Assembly (NCBI GenBank): GCA_051003155.1
Contig: JBPCLO010000013.1
Location: 1 to 64,000 of the forward strand
Source: Fimbriimonadales bacterium
Lineage (GTDB): Bacteria > Armatimonadota > Fimbriimonadia > Fimbriimonadales > ATM1
DNA: 64,000 nt
Direction of reading: 5' to 3'
Position numbers and translations under genes: made by a program. Below are positions 19,765 to 29,780 of the stretch, one piece after another; the stretch's first letter is position 1, and every line of letters starts with the position of its first letter. Below the pieces are notes generated by a model. The model was not told the DNA's origin, made no database searches, and saw only the letters and a program-made list of their open reading frames with translations.

Positions 19765-22008
19765 ATGACAAAGAGAACCGTCATAGCCCATGCAGGTTTC
19801 TTCGGGCTAATCTTATTGGCGCCTCTGGCGAGCGCAGACCAGATCTGGGAGGTCAAAAACGGCACCACGTCGATGACTCTTTACCGACAGATCATTCGTG
19901 ACATAGGCCTCCAACTCGAGGTCCGCGAAACCGCTGTACCTCGAACAGATATGGAGGAGGCTGTCGGTTTCAAGGTCACTCGCGCCAGTGATTTGAAGTT
20001 CTTCACCAAGAACGGCATGTACCGCTACTGGACCGAAGGGCGCGTGACAAGCGCCGGCGGATTCACACTTAAAAGCGACAAAGGCTCCCTCGCAGTCGAC
20101 GACTTTGCAATCGTCTACCGTAATACCGGCGAGTCGGACAATATGTTCGTTCTGAGCGGCGCTTCCGAAAGCAGCCCGGTGGCGTTTGACCTTTCGCACA
20201 TTAAGGTTAACTTCGACCGAAAGACCAATACCCTTCGCTTCGGTTACGCCGATATGATCCTGACGAATAAGGCCGCCGCTAGACTCGGCAGGCCCGACCT
20301 GGCCGGCCAGATTATTGGCATGGCAACTGTTTCCGCGCAGGCGGCCTTCGTTAGTGGCGACAAGGTCGATCCCTACCTCGAATCGAATGGGGCCGACGGC
20401 GATTTAAACGGCAACATCAAGCTTCATCTTCTCGGCGAGTGCGCAAGCTTTGGTCGCGTCGGCACCTTCCCTAACGGTATAAGCGGCCTCGGCATTGCCA
20501 CAACCTCGTGCAACGTAACGGACATCGAAGATGACGTCGTGGATTGGTACCAGCAGATGGATGAGCGGCACCCGGTGATCGCTCAAAACTTCTATCGCAT
20601 TCGTTCGATAAATGGCGGAACCCGCTTCGAGCAGATCGGCGACAGCTGGGTTAAGCACGGCTTCCTTTCGACCAACTCGAATGGCTGTGTCGGCCCGAAT
20701 GGCGAAACCTGCCAAACTCCGCCTGGCGGCGGTAGCGAGCTAGGCGTTTTCTGTTCGGATACTTACGGATCTGGACTCAATGCAAGCCGAGATTGGCTGG
20801 GTCCGCGCGACGAAATCAACGCGTTCGCAGGCACCTGGGAGTGCACAGGCAGCTACTTCTCGAACTATCAGAACGACTGTGTCGAGCGCTTCGATCCAAA
20901 CGGTCTCGGCCCGGTGGACCACCGCCTCCAGGTACATGACCAAGACCTGACTGCGCCGAACTCGCAGTTCTTTTATGAAGCCTACTACGTGTCCAGGGAC
21001 GACGTAGATCGCTATAATAGCGCAGCGTTTCGCCCATGCACGGTCAACTTTCAGGGCGGCGATTGGCACTTCCAGCCGACCCAGTCGCAGACGAATGGCG
21101 TGGTTGCCGACCACTGGGGCGACATTCAGCCGGCCCCAAGAGCACAACCAACAACCGAGGGTGACATCCTCGTCGCCGTTCAGGTGAACGATCTTGGCGG
21201 CGGCAAGTGGCACTACGAGTATGCGGTGTATAACCATACTTCGTATCGTGAGATGCGCCAGTTCACCATTCCATTGCCGGATGGCTTGACACTCGAGAAC
21301 GTCGAGTTCCGAGACATCGACAAAGACAACACCGATGAGTGGACGTGGAACTACGCAAACTCCGCTTTGACGTGGAAGACAAGCACGTACGCTCAGAACC
21401 CAGATGCGAACTCGCTCAAGTGGAATAGCGTTTTCAACTTCCGATTCGACGCGAATTCGCCTCCGGCCGTCAACCGAACCACGGCCACCCTCGGCCTGTT
21501 CAGACCTGGTGTCCTTCAGATGCTCGCGGCGGAGACCCGAGGGCCGAAAAGCCCGTTCACGAATCCCACGATCCTAAATGTGGAGCGCGGTGACCAAGTG
21601 GCGGGTGGGCTGGCCGACCTCTTCAACAGCGACGATTCGAAGATGGGCTTGCATCCCGGAATAGTCTTCGGCACGTTTCAAGCGCCGATTCGCGTCGTTC
21701 TGGAGAGCACGAGCGCCCAAGGCCCGATAACCCTCAAGTTCCGCGTAGAGTCGGCTGCCAGTTCGTTGAGCGTGAGTCAGAAGATTGAGCTCTACAACTT
21801 CACGCTAGGCCGCTATGTGTCGTTGAGCACGACCAACTTGACGACGTCCGATGGCGTTGTCGAAGTCACCGCTCCAAACCCCTCACAGTTCGTGCAAGCG
21901 GTTACCGGCAAGGTTCGAGCCAGACTCGAGTATAGAGTGACTGGTCCGGTGTTCGTGTTCCCGTGGAGGGTGGACATCGATCAAGCGGTCTGGAGAATCC
22001 TCCCGTAG
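19765..22008 (+). CDS. Large secreted Cys-rich hypothetical protein with the conserved C-terminal domain
   Basis: SD AGGAGG; signal peptide; central TTSCN...HPVIAQN.YR...EQIG.SWVKHGF...CSDTY domain; ~150-aa C-terminal domain. Confidence 0.85.
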   Translation: MTKRTVIAHAGFFGLILLAPLASADQIWEVKNGTTSMTLYRQIIRDIGLQLEVRETAVPRTDMEEAVGFKVTRASDLKFFTKNGMYRYWTEGRVTSAGGFTLKSDKGSLAVDDFAIVYRNTGESDNMFVLSGASESSPVAFDLSHIKVNFDRKTNTLRFGYADMILTNKAAARLGRPDLAGQIIGMATVSAQAAFVSGDKVDPYLESNGADGDLNGNIKLHLLGECASFGRVGTFPNGISGLGIATTSCNVTDIEDDVVDWYQQMDERHPVIAQNFYRIRSINGGTRFEQIGDSWVKHGFLSTNSNGCVGPNGETCQTPPGGGSELGVFCSDTYGSGLNASRDWLGPRDEINAFAGTWECTGSYFSNYQNDCVERFDPNGLGPVDHRLQVHDQDLTAPNSQFFYEAYYVSRDDVDRYNSAAFRPCTVNFQGGDWHFQPTQSQTNGVVADHWGDIQPAPRAQPTTEGDILVAVQVNDLGGGKWHYEYAVYNHTSYREMRQFTIPLPDGLTLENVEFRDIDKDNTDEWTWNYANSALTWKTSTYAQNPDANSLKWNSVFNFRFDANSPPAVNRTTATLGLFRPGVLQMLAAETRGPKSPFTNPTILNVERGDQVAGGLADLFNSDDSKMGLHPGIVFGTFQAPIRVVLESTSAQGPITLKFRVESAASSLSVSQKIELYNFTLGRYVSLSTTNLTTSDGVVEVTAPNPSQFVQAVTGKVRARLEYRVTGPVFVFPWRVDIDQAVWRILP

Positions 22009-22031
22009 AAAGCGTCTCCTTGACCACGGAT

Positions 22032-22062
22032 AAGCGCGGCCTTTCGGCCGCGCTTTTTTTTT
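22032..22062 (+). terminator. Rho-independent terminator
   Basis: AAGCGCGGCC-TTTC-GGCCGCGCTT followed by a T run. Confidence 0.9.
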
Positions 22063-22187
22063 CGTCAGAGTTCGATCGTTTGCGGGTATACAGGCCCCGA
22101 GCTTGTGCGTAGAATGAGTGTGCTACTAGAGTTGGGTCCGAGGTACGGTCCCACCCTTTTTGATCGAAAAAGTGAGGCATCGTTTAA

Positions 22188-23870
22188 ATGAATATTTCGA
22201 AGCTTTTGCCCGCCGTCTTAGGCGCGGCCAGTCTGTTTACCGGCGCCGCGGCGCAAACGTTGGTCGACCCCGACTACTTCGTTGAAACTTACGCATCGGG
22301 CTTATCCGGAGCTGCGGGCATGGAGTTTGTTTCGGCGTCGACTGCCCTTGTCACGCAGAAGGATACTGGACAAGTGAGGGTCGTAGTGAACGGGGTGGTG
22401 GACGGAACACCCGCGCTCGATTTACCTGTCAATAACGCCAGCGAGCGCGGCCTCCTCGGCATTTGCAAGCACCCCGATTTCGCCAACAATGGTTTCGTTT
22501 ACCTTTACTGGAGCCGATCCACGACCGGTGGAGATACCGGGGTCACTGCCAACTGGAGCGACAACCGGGTCGAGCGGTACGTTTACAGCAGCGGAACGCT
22601 CTCAATCGACTCCCTGATCGCCATTTTCCCGAATGATCCGGCACAAAATAACGGTCCGAATCATGACGGAGGAGTAATCATGATCGGGCCCGATCAAAAG
22701 CTCTATATCATCACCGGTGACCTAAATAGGAACCGAGCCGAGCAGAACAATCAAGGAACACCGAACCTTTCCGCGAAGGTAGGCGGCGTACACCGGCTGA
22801 ACCTCGACGGCACTATCCCAGGCGACAATCCTTTCGTAGGCCTGGGCAACACCGATTTCCACCCGTATTATGTGTATGGCGTGCGCAATTCGTACGGCAT
22901 GGGCTGGGACCCTGTAACGAACAAAGTCTGGTTCACGGAGAACGGCCCCGGCTCTTATGACGAAGTCAATCATGTGCCGTCACCGGGCATGAACTCCGGC
23001 TGGAACGAGCTGATGGGACCCGATTCGCGAGACCCGCAAGGTGTGGGAGACCTCGTCATGTTCCCCGGTGCCTACTACCGCGATCCCGAATTCAGTTGGC
23101 TAAACCCGATCGCAGTTACGTCGATAACATGGCTGACAAGCTCCAAGTTCCAGTCCAGCGAACGCACCCATTGCGTCCTCGGTGATGCCAACAACGGGTT
23201 TCTGTATTTGTTCGCGATGAATAACAGCCGGGACGGGTTCGTTCTGGCCGGCGGTGTCGCCGACAGAGTCGCCGACACCAGTGCCGAGCGCGATCTGAAC
23301 AAATGGGGCAGCGGCTTCGGAATCATAACAGACCTTGAAATCGGTCAAGACGGCTACCTCTATGGGACGAGCCTCACACTCGGGCGGATCTTCAGGATTC
23401 GCCCGGTGGTCGAGAGCGTCGTTCCCATGGCGTTTTCACTCTTCCGGGGTCGCCTAATTTCGGGCAACCTGCAGAGTCTGGGTACTAGCGACGATGATCG
23501 ACTGGTCACTCGGCCAGGTCCCGTGTTCTCAAACGCGGAGGCGCCGATCCAGTTGATACTGACGAGCAGGTCGCCGTTTGTGACCCCCTCGGCCCTGTCC
23601 TTCAGGATCGAATCGAATTGTTCGGTAAACAACATCACGCAGTCTGTGGCGTTGTTCAATTTCGATACATTGGCATATGAGACTTTGAACGCGAGCACCG
23701 CCATGACATCTGATAATGTTATCACCGTGAACGTGACCTCAAATGCCCCTCGATTCGTCGGCAACGACAACGAACTGCGCGCTAGAATCAGCTATAAGGC
23801 CCAAGGAACGACGTTCACATATCCGTGGTTTGCCCGCGTCGACCACATACAGTGGACGCTAACCCGCTAA
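22188..23870 (+). CDS. Secreted PQQ-dependent sugar dehydrogenase (third paralog) with conserved C-terminal domain
   Basis: Signal peptide; ERGLLG, HDGG, YGVRN, ENGP..YDEVN; same C-terminal domain. Confidence 0.88.
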   Translation: MNISKLLPAVLGAASLFTGAAAQTLVDPDYFVETYASGLSGAAGMEFVSASTALVTQKDTGQVRVVVNGVVDGTPALDLPVNNASERGLLGICKHPDFANNGFVYLYWSRSTTGGDTGVTANWSDNRVERYVYSSGTLSIDSLIAIFPNDPAQNNGPNHDGGVIMIGPDQKLYIITGDLNRNRAEQNNQGTPNLSAKVGGVHRLNLDGTIPGDNPFVGLGNTDFHPYYVYGVRNSYGMGWDPVTNKVWFTENGPGSYDEVNHVPSPGMNSGWNELMGPDSRDPQGVGDLVMFPGAYYRDPEFSWLNPIAVTSITWLTSSKFQSSERTHCVLGDANNGFLYLFAMNNSRDGFVLAGGVADRVADTSAERDLNKWGSGFGIITDLEIGQDGYLYGTSLTLGRIFRIRPVVESVVPMAFSLFRGRLISGNLQSLGTSDDDRLVTRPGPVFSNAEAPIQLILTSRSPFVTPSALSFRIESNCSVNNITQSVALFNFDTLAYETLNASTAMTSDNVITVNVTSNAPRFVGNDNELRARISYKAQGTTFTYPWFARVDHIQWTLTR

Positions 23871-23915
23871 CTCCAGATAATTAGGCTTCTCCCATTCATA
23901 GCGGTGGGGAGGAGC

Positions 23916-25751
23916 CTACTCGATTCGGACTGGGCGTGGGCCCGAAGCCAGCGTCCAGCCGAAGGTATCGATAGTTACACGGCGAGGCTTGCCCGGTGTC
24001 GCAAACCAAAACTCTTGCTCTTTGTCGGCCATTTCTGCAGGGAAGCTCTTCTCACCGGCATCGGTCTCGATGATAACGGCGAATCTGAGCCGGAACGGGC
24101 TCGGCGTGCCACTTTGCGCAAGTCTAATCGTCGTCTCGTATCCCTCGCGCGGTCCTTTCTCGGCGAAAGTGCGGACGAAAGACAATTGTGGGAATGCGCT
24201 TCCACGAACCCACTGAGCGAAGAACCAATCCAGTTTGCGCTTCGCTGACTCAGTGAAGCTTCGCTCGATATCGCTCCATTCCGTCATCTGCCCCTTGCGT
24301 GATAGCACCAGCTCGCGAAGACATCGGTTCATCGTGTCTAGGCCAAGCTCATTCTCGAGCATTTTCATAACGTATGCGCCCCGATAGTAGCCGACGTTCC
24401 CATGCGGTCCGTGTGCCAGAAACGGATCCGCCAAGGCTACCTTCGTGTTGCGCGTCGAGTAGCCCATATTCAAACTGCGGTCCGAATTACTCTTGAACTG
24501 AGAGCTGTCGATGTATTGAGTCAAGCTCTCATTCCATATGCTGTGGATGTAGCTGTTTGGCACCAGGCCGCCAAAGTACGTGTGTCCAACTTCATGGGAA
24601 GTTGCCCAGCTCGTTATGCCGGGTGTCAACAACGTAAAGCTGTAGCACTCGATGCCATAAAAGTCGGGAGTGTCTACTACGTCGTAGCCGGCATACGGGA
24701 ACTTGCCGAAGCGATCCTCGAAGAATGCCACCGAGTCGCGGGCCATTTCGGCATCGTGCTTCGCACGGTTCTTATCAACCGTAAGATGCCAGGCCCTAAA
24801 CTTCCGACCGCGGGCTTCGGTCTCGTGCGCAAGAGAATACGGTCCGCCAACGACGTGAAAGTACGGAATGGCCACCAGGGTTTTGTATTCGACAACTTTC
24901 CGGCTACCTACCACCTTCTCGCTGACGAGGTCGCCGTTGCCCATCAAGAGCCATTCCTTCGGCCCTTCGATTCGAGTTGTCGATGTTGCTGCGCCACGCC
25001 CGATATGCGGGTACCAGTACGAGGTAAGCAGCATCTGATCTGGGGTCGTCTTGTCTAGTCCGCGAAGGTTGATGGACGCATCGTATTCGAGCTGGAGTTT
25101 GCCGCCATCTGAGGCGTTGGTTAGGTACAAGATACCGCCGGCTTGGAGAAGTTGTGTCGTCTTGGGATTGAGTTTCGACTCGCCCAGGCTCTTGTTGACA
25201 ACGAGTTCGACGGGCCGGCCATTGTAGGTCGCGGCTCGCACCGCATACGCATCGTTCATGCGCATGAAGGCTGTTCGTGGCCCGTCCGCAACCCGCTTCA
25301 GGTCGCAGACGGCCGTGATGTTTGCCCGGCTGTTCTCCGGCTGAAGCTTCAAATCGAAGTCAATGTGCTCGACCTTGTAAGCAGTCTTGAGATCTTCGGG
25401 CATCTCACGCCCCAGACGTAATCCCTCGCCTGTCGGCACGAGCGGAAACACCGCATCGTGCTCGGCTTCGAGGCCCTGATACCTGTGGAAAACGATCCAG
25501 TATTCGCCGAAGTGTTCAAAGCCCGGTGGGGCAGGAAAGGCCGAAATGCCAATAGTGCGCAGCGAAGCGCCAGGCCCGGCCATTGCCTCTAAATGGGCGG
25601 CGTAGGACGGGTCGTTGAAGAGCGGACGTAATTGTTCGTAGCGCGCGGACTTAGCGGCGACCTGTACCCGATCGACCAGGGCGACCGCACCCTGCAGGTC
25701 GACCATCGAATTTGTGGGAGAGAGCAAGAGGGCAACTATGGTCAGCAGCAT
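23916..25751 (-). CDS. Secreted M1-family (gluzincin) aminopeptidase
   Basis: YGIEC (GAMEN-like), HEVGH..(18)..NES zinc motif, YYRGAYVMKML. Confidence 0.85.
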   Translation of the reverse strand: MLLTIVALLLSPTNSMVDLQGAVALVDRVQVAAKSARYEQLRPLFNDPSYAAHLEAMAGPGASLRTIGISAFPAPPGFEHFGEYWIVFHRYQGLEAEHDAVFPLVPTGEGLRLGREMPEDLKTAYKVEHIDFDLKLQPENSRANITAVCDLKRVADGPRTAFMRMNDAYAVRAATYNGRPVELVVNKSLGESKLNPKTTQLLQAGGILYLTNASDGGKLQLEYDASINLRGLDKTTPDQMLLTSYWYPHIGRGAATSTTRIEGPKEWLLMGNGDLVSEKVVGSRKVVEYKTLVAIPYFHVVGGPYSLAHETEARGRKFRAWHLTVDKNRAKHDAEMARDSVAFFEDRFGKFPYAGYDVVDTPDFYGIECYSFTLLTPGITSWATSHEVGHTYFGGLVPNSYIHSIWNESLTQYIDSSQFKSNSDRSLNMGYSTRNTKVALADPFLAHGPHGNVGYYRGAYVMKMLENELGLDTMNRCLRELVLSRKGQMTEWSDIERSFTESAKRKLDWFFAQWVRGSAFPQLSFVRTFAEKGPREGYETTIRLAQSGTPSPFRLRFAVIIETDAGEKSFPAEMADKEQEFWFATPGKPRRVTIDTFGWTLASGPRPVRIE

Positions 25752-25803
25752 GATCAAAAGTATGACGAGCGCCGTGCTGTTTCTGTAACATAATGGGGTA
25801 CCG

Positions 25804-26835
25804 ATGGAAGAGTTGACGGAAAGAAAGCAGCGCATCCTTCGCGCTGTTGTGATTGAGTACGTCGAAACCGCAGAACCCGTCGGCAGTGGCCTTCTCGTGG
25901 AGCGTTACACTTTCGGCGTTAGCCCGGCAACCGTCCGAAACGAACTCTCCGAAATGTCCGAGCGTGGGTTTCTCGAACAGCCGCACACGTCCGCCGGACG
26001 GATCCCATCGGATACCGGATATCGTTACTTCGTAGATCGTCTGAGTGAGCGGTCGGTGCAGACCGACGCTGCGAAGCAGGTAAGGGATCTGTCGCGGAAC
26101 GAAGCGACCCTTCACCAGTTGCTGGCAGAAACATGCCGCGTGCTCTCCCGGTTGACGTCCCAAGTGTCGATTGCGGCAACTCTCGGCGAGCGGAACATTT
26201 CGGTCACAAGTGTGAGTGTCACGGGCGTTACGAAAGAGCGGGCACTCGTGGCCGCCGTGTTCAGCAATGGGTCCATCGAAACCAGGATCATTCCAGCGAC
26301 GCCCGACCTTACGCTGGCAGACATACACGATGTTTCGCTCGCCCTCACAACCGCTCTTTCTGGCGTCAAGATCGGCCCCATCGCGCGGTTACCATCTCCT
26401 GAATTTGCCGCGCAAAAGTCCGCGGCTCGGGCTCTAGGCGCTGCAGCTTGGAAATCGATCAGGTCGATTTGCCGATCGCTTTCGACGGGTAAGGTCATCA
26501 CAGAGGGAACCCAGTACCTCTTTTCACAGCCGGAGTTCAAAGGCGACGTCGATTCGCTCGGGAAGATCATTTCAGCACTAGGAAGCGAGGAGACCCTTCA
26601 CGACGCCCTCGACAAGCCAAACGACAAAGGCGCCACGGTCACTATAGGCCACGAAAATTCACCTGATGCCCTTCATCGCCTTGCGATAATCGCAAGCCGT
26701 TTCTATTCAGGACAAGAGGAGGCAGGCGCCATCGCAATCGCCGGGCCAACGCGCATGCGGTACTCGGACACGATCCCGCTAGTCGAGACAGCTGCGAAAG
26801 CTCTTTCGGAAGCACTTTCGCGACTTATGCGCTGA
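25804..26835 (+). CDS. hrcA: Heat-inducible transcription repressor HrcA
   Basis: LTERKQRIL, EPVGS, SPATVRNE, QPHTSAGRIPSDTGYR, GPTRMRY. Confidence 0.96.
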   Translation: MEELTERKQRILRAVVIEYVETAEPVGSGLLVERYTFGVSPATVRNELSEMSERGFLEQPHTSAGRIPSDTGYRYFVDRLSERSVQTDAAKQVRDLSRNEATLHQLLAETCRVLSRLTSQVSIAATLGERNISVTSVSVTGVTKERALVAAVFSNGSIETRIIPATPDLTLADIHDVSLALTTALSGVKIGPIARLPSPEFAAQKSAARALGAAAWKSIRSICRSLSTGKVITEGTQYLFSQPEFKGDVDSLGKIISALGSEETLHDALDKPNDKGATVTIGHENSPDALHRLAIIASRFYSGQEEAGAIAIAGPTRMRYSDTIPLVETAAKALSEALSRLMR

Positions 26836-28279
26836 GCCCATTCCGCACGGGCCAAAGGGCGATCAAGGCCATAACGGCGAGAGCGATCCATGGGAACCAT
26901 TGTCTTACGATGATCGGCTTGTGCGAAGAAACGACTACTTCGGCTTGTACGGTGGTCGTTGCGCCGATCGGCGCTTGAGCGACGATGTTGCCACGCGGGT
27001 CGATGATCATGCTTGGCCCGAGCGATGCGCTGCGAACGACCGGCATCCGGTTTTCGACTGCCCGGAGAACCGCCCCGGCTTTCAGGGCGTCGATGGCGCC
27101 GGTTCCTTGATACCAGTCGTCCAGACTCAAGACAGCAAGAATCTCGGCTCCGTTGGTCGCATGTGCACGCGCAACTTCTTCAAAAAGGGCCTCGAAACAG
27201 AGCAATCCCCCAACCCTTAGCCCGCCTACCGTCAAGGTCTGCACGCGTTCACCGGGAATTAGGTCCCCACCGGGTAAATTGAAATCCTTGAGGAAGCCAA
27301 GCCGGTTCCGAAACGGCACATACTCGCCAAAAATAACCAGGCGAACCTTGTCGGCGGCTTGCCAATTGCCATCAAACGCGAAAAGGCTCTGGTGGCTGGC
27401 GCCTGCCTTATCGCGCTGGCCGCCCATAATTGTCGGTTCTTCGAAATCGATCGGAAACGGCGCGGTGGGTCTTTCGCCGCTCCAACGAGATACACCCTCC
27501 GGAAGCACCGTAAGGTCCCTGGCCACACCCGCGCCCACCCCGATTGCCTGCGGTACTTTGACCGCCAGCTGAGCGTCCATCGATTGATTAGTATTGAAGG
27601 CGAGATCCACCCCGGGCTGTACCGCGGCCACGCGCTTTCGCTCGCCCTGTATCGGCGTAAAAGCGCTCAGAAGCGACCCGCCCATGATGAGCATCGCCAC
27701 GATAACGTATGCCCACGTACGCCGGGCCGGAAATTCCTCTTTGAGCCAGAGCATCGCTCCGACAACGTTGAACAAGACGACCCAGGCGCCGAGGAAATAC
27801 GGCCCCGCCCACCAAGCCGGCTGAAGCAAGACCGGGACCTGCCACAGAGTGGCGCCCAGGAGGGACCACGGGTAGAAAAGGTAAGGGATTGTCGAGCGCA
27901 ACACCTCGACGCCGGACCAAATGAGCGGAATAGCCCAGGCCCAGTTTCGGTGCCAAGCCTTGGCAGCAACTCCGGCGAAGAGTGCGAAGTACACCGCAAA
28001 TGCGCTGCAGACTAGCACCCATGGCACCATGCCAAGCCAAGAGGACCCGGTCCACCTTGCCACGAACTGGTCGAGCCAGAACATGTTGGGCGCCCCGAAC
28101 GCCAGCCCGAAAATGTAACCTCTGCCAAATGCCGGCCAAAAGCGTAGCCCGCGAATATTGACCAGCAAAGGTACAAGCGCCACAAACGCAAGAAAGAGCA
28201 AGTTGAACGGTGGGAAGGCAAGGGCGAGCAAAAGCCCGCTGATAGCCGGCATCCCAAGCGGCCGCAATCGCCTCAGCAT
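26825..28279 (-). CDS. lnt: Apolipoprotein N-acyltransferase
   Basis: Multiple TM helices, then a nitrilase domain: LPEG, K.RLVIFGEYVP, LCFEALF, RAVENR. Confidence 0.92.
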   Translation of the reverse strand: MLRRLRPLGMPAISGLLLALAFPPFNLLFLAFVALVPLLVNIRGLRFWPAFGRGYIFGLAFGAPNMFWLDQFVARWTGSSWLGMVPWVLVCSAFAVYFALFAGVAAKAWHRNWAWAIPLIWSGVEVLRSTIPYLFYPWSLLGATLWQVPVLLQPAWWAGPYFLGAWVVLFNVVGAMLWLKEEFPARRTWAYVIVAMLIMGGSLLSAFTPIQGERKRVAAVQPGVDLAFNTNQSMDAQLAVKVPQAIGVGAGVARDLTVLPEGVSRWSGERPTAPFPIDFEEPTIMGGQRDKAGASHQSLFAFDGNWQAADKVRLVIFGEYVPFRNRLGFLKDFNLPGGDLIPGERVQTLTVGGLRVGGLLCFEALFEEVARAHATNGAEILAVLSLDDWYQGTGAIDALKAGAVLRAVENRMPVVRSASLGPSMIIDPRGNIVAQAPIGATTTVQAEVVVSSHKPIIVRQWFPWIALAVMALIALWPVRNGLSA

Positions 28280-28890
28280 GACGTTCTGAAGTGGGAGCAA
28301 TCGTCGAAGCGGACCATCCTCCGCGTTCCGATCTCGTCGAAAGTTATCTCGGTTATGCCACAGTTCGAGAGACGAAAACAGTCCGCTGTCGCGGGTGACC
28401 CGTGCAGAAGAGCGGCGATCAGCGCCGAGCCCGAACCGCCGTGCGTAAATATGGCCACAGTGCCCGAAGCGTGCCTCTCGAGAAGTTCGACCAAGAAATA
28501 GCCGACGCGAGCGAAAACATCGATGCCGTTCTCCCCGCCTCCAGACAACTGCAGGACCGGGTCCCTCTTGTAAGCGAGGTACGCTTCCCCATCTCGTTCA
28601 AGTATCTCATCCCGAGTCATGCCCTCCCACGAACCGTAATCGCGCTCGCGGAGGCGGTGGTCGGATCGCTTTTGCACGCCGATCTTTTGGGACAGCGCTT
28701 CCGCGGTCGCCACCGTTCGCTTCATGTCGCTGCTATACACAGCGTCGACGGATTCCTGCTGCAACGCAACCGAACAACTTTCAGCTTGCTCCAGACCGGT
28801 CTCATCCAGCTCGATGTCCGCGTGCCCCTGGTTCCTGCCTTCCAGGTTATACGACGTTTGCCCGTGGCGAATAATAAGGAGGCGGAGCAT
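28273..28890 (-). CDS. Histidine phosphatase (phosphoglycerate mutase family)
   Basis: IRHGQT, YSSD..R, LRERDYGSWEG, THGG. Confidence 0.92.
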   Translation of the reverse strand: MLRLLIIRHGQTSYNLEGRNQGHADIELDETGLEQAESCSVALQQESVDAVYSSDMKRTVATAEALSQKIGVQKRSDHRLRERDYGSWEGMTRDEILERDGEAYLAYKRDPVLQLSGGGENGIDVFARVGYFLVELLERHASGTVAIFTHGGSGSALIAALLHGSPATADCFRLSNCGITEITFDEIGTRRMVRFDDCSHFRTSC

Positions 28891-29131
28891 GTGGTCGGGT
28901 TATACCTGCCAAGGCTTTAGGGTTCCGACCTCGTTGACAATCGAGCGAGCTCATGAAGTCGAATCTGGGTCCGATCACAATCCCCTCGAGATGCCGTCTC
29001 GAATCGCCAATATCAGGCGGTGAATCGAGGATATGCGGGCATTTTTAGGATGTTAAACGCCATGTGAACGGACTGTGCGCTCGCGGTTTACGGCGCTAAA
29101 CGCATCTGCCCGCTTGGCGAGTCCCGGCGAA

Positions 29132-29208
29132 TGGTCGGGGCGGGCAGATTTGAACTGCCGACCTCTGCGTCCCGAACGCAGCGCTCTACCAAGCTGAGCC
29201 ACGCCCCG
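29132..29208 (-). tRNA. tRNA-Pro (CGG)
   Basis: Reverse complement CGGGGCGTGGCTCAGCTTGGTAGAGCGCTGCGTTCGGGACGCAGAGGTCGGCAGTTCAAATCTGCCCGCCCCGACCA. Confidence 0.96.
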
Positions 29209-29294
29209 ATGTGAGCCGTCAGTATACCGGGCTCGGTGTCGTCGAACAAATCCCACTCTTCGGGCGTAGCAAAGTTGTTGTACGAGGCATAAAA

Positions 29295-29780
29295 ATGATA
29301 GAAATACCGACGTGGTGGCTGGTCGTTACAGGAATATTCGCGATTGTGAGTATCGTTGCCGTTTTGGTTCAGGTGGCGCTCATCGTTGTCCTGATCAAGC
29401 TAGTCAAGGATTTGCAGCCAAGAATCGGAATGATTACCGGAAGGGTTGAAGCGATTGCCGACCGAGTCGAAGGCATTGCCGAGCGCATCGAGAGCGTGTC
29501 GCAGTCGGCTAAGGGCATTGCAGATTCCGCAAGGGGCGCCGTTCAAACCCTCACTGGGCGGGCCGAGAGCGTGGCATCCAACTTCCAACACGTGGCCAGC
29601 GTGTCCGCGGACAGCGTGGAGAACCGCATGAGGTCCTTCGCGCCTCTCTTTGTTTACGCGCGGCTCGCCTTCGCATTGCTGGGCAAGTTGGCAGACTTCA
29701 AGCGCGAGCGTCAGCGCGACCGTCGTGACTATCGAGACGGCGCTATTGGCGAACTGCGATCACAGGTCAACGATAGTTAA
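29295..29780 (+). CDS. Membrane-anchored coiled-coil hypothetical protein (DUF948/YoxC-like)
   Basis: N-terminal TM followed by RVEAIAD/RVEGIAE/RIESVSQ heptads. Confidence 0.65.
   Translation: MIEIPTWWLVVTGIFAIVSIVAVLVQVALIVVLIKLVKDLQPRIGMITGRVEAIADRVEGIAERIESVSQSAKGIADSARGAVQTLTGRAESVASNFQHVASVSADSVENRMRSFAPLFVYARLAFALLGKLADFKRERQRDRRDYRDGAIGELRSQVNDS

Noticed and set aside
25751..25804. CIRCE operator upstream of hrcA
   Set aside because: No TTAGCACTC-N9-GAGTGCTAA or close variant is visible.
10859..29208. tRNA-anchored genomic island or prophage
   Set aside because: No integrase, phage genes or duplicated tRNA 3' ends were found. The contents between the tRNAs are mostly housekeeping genes.
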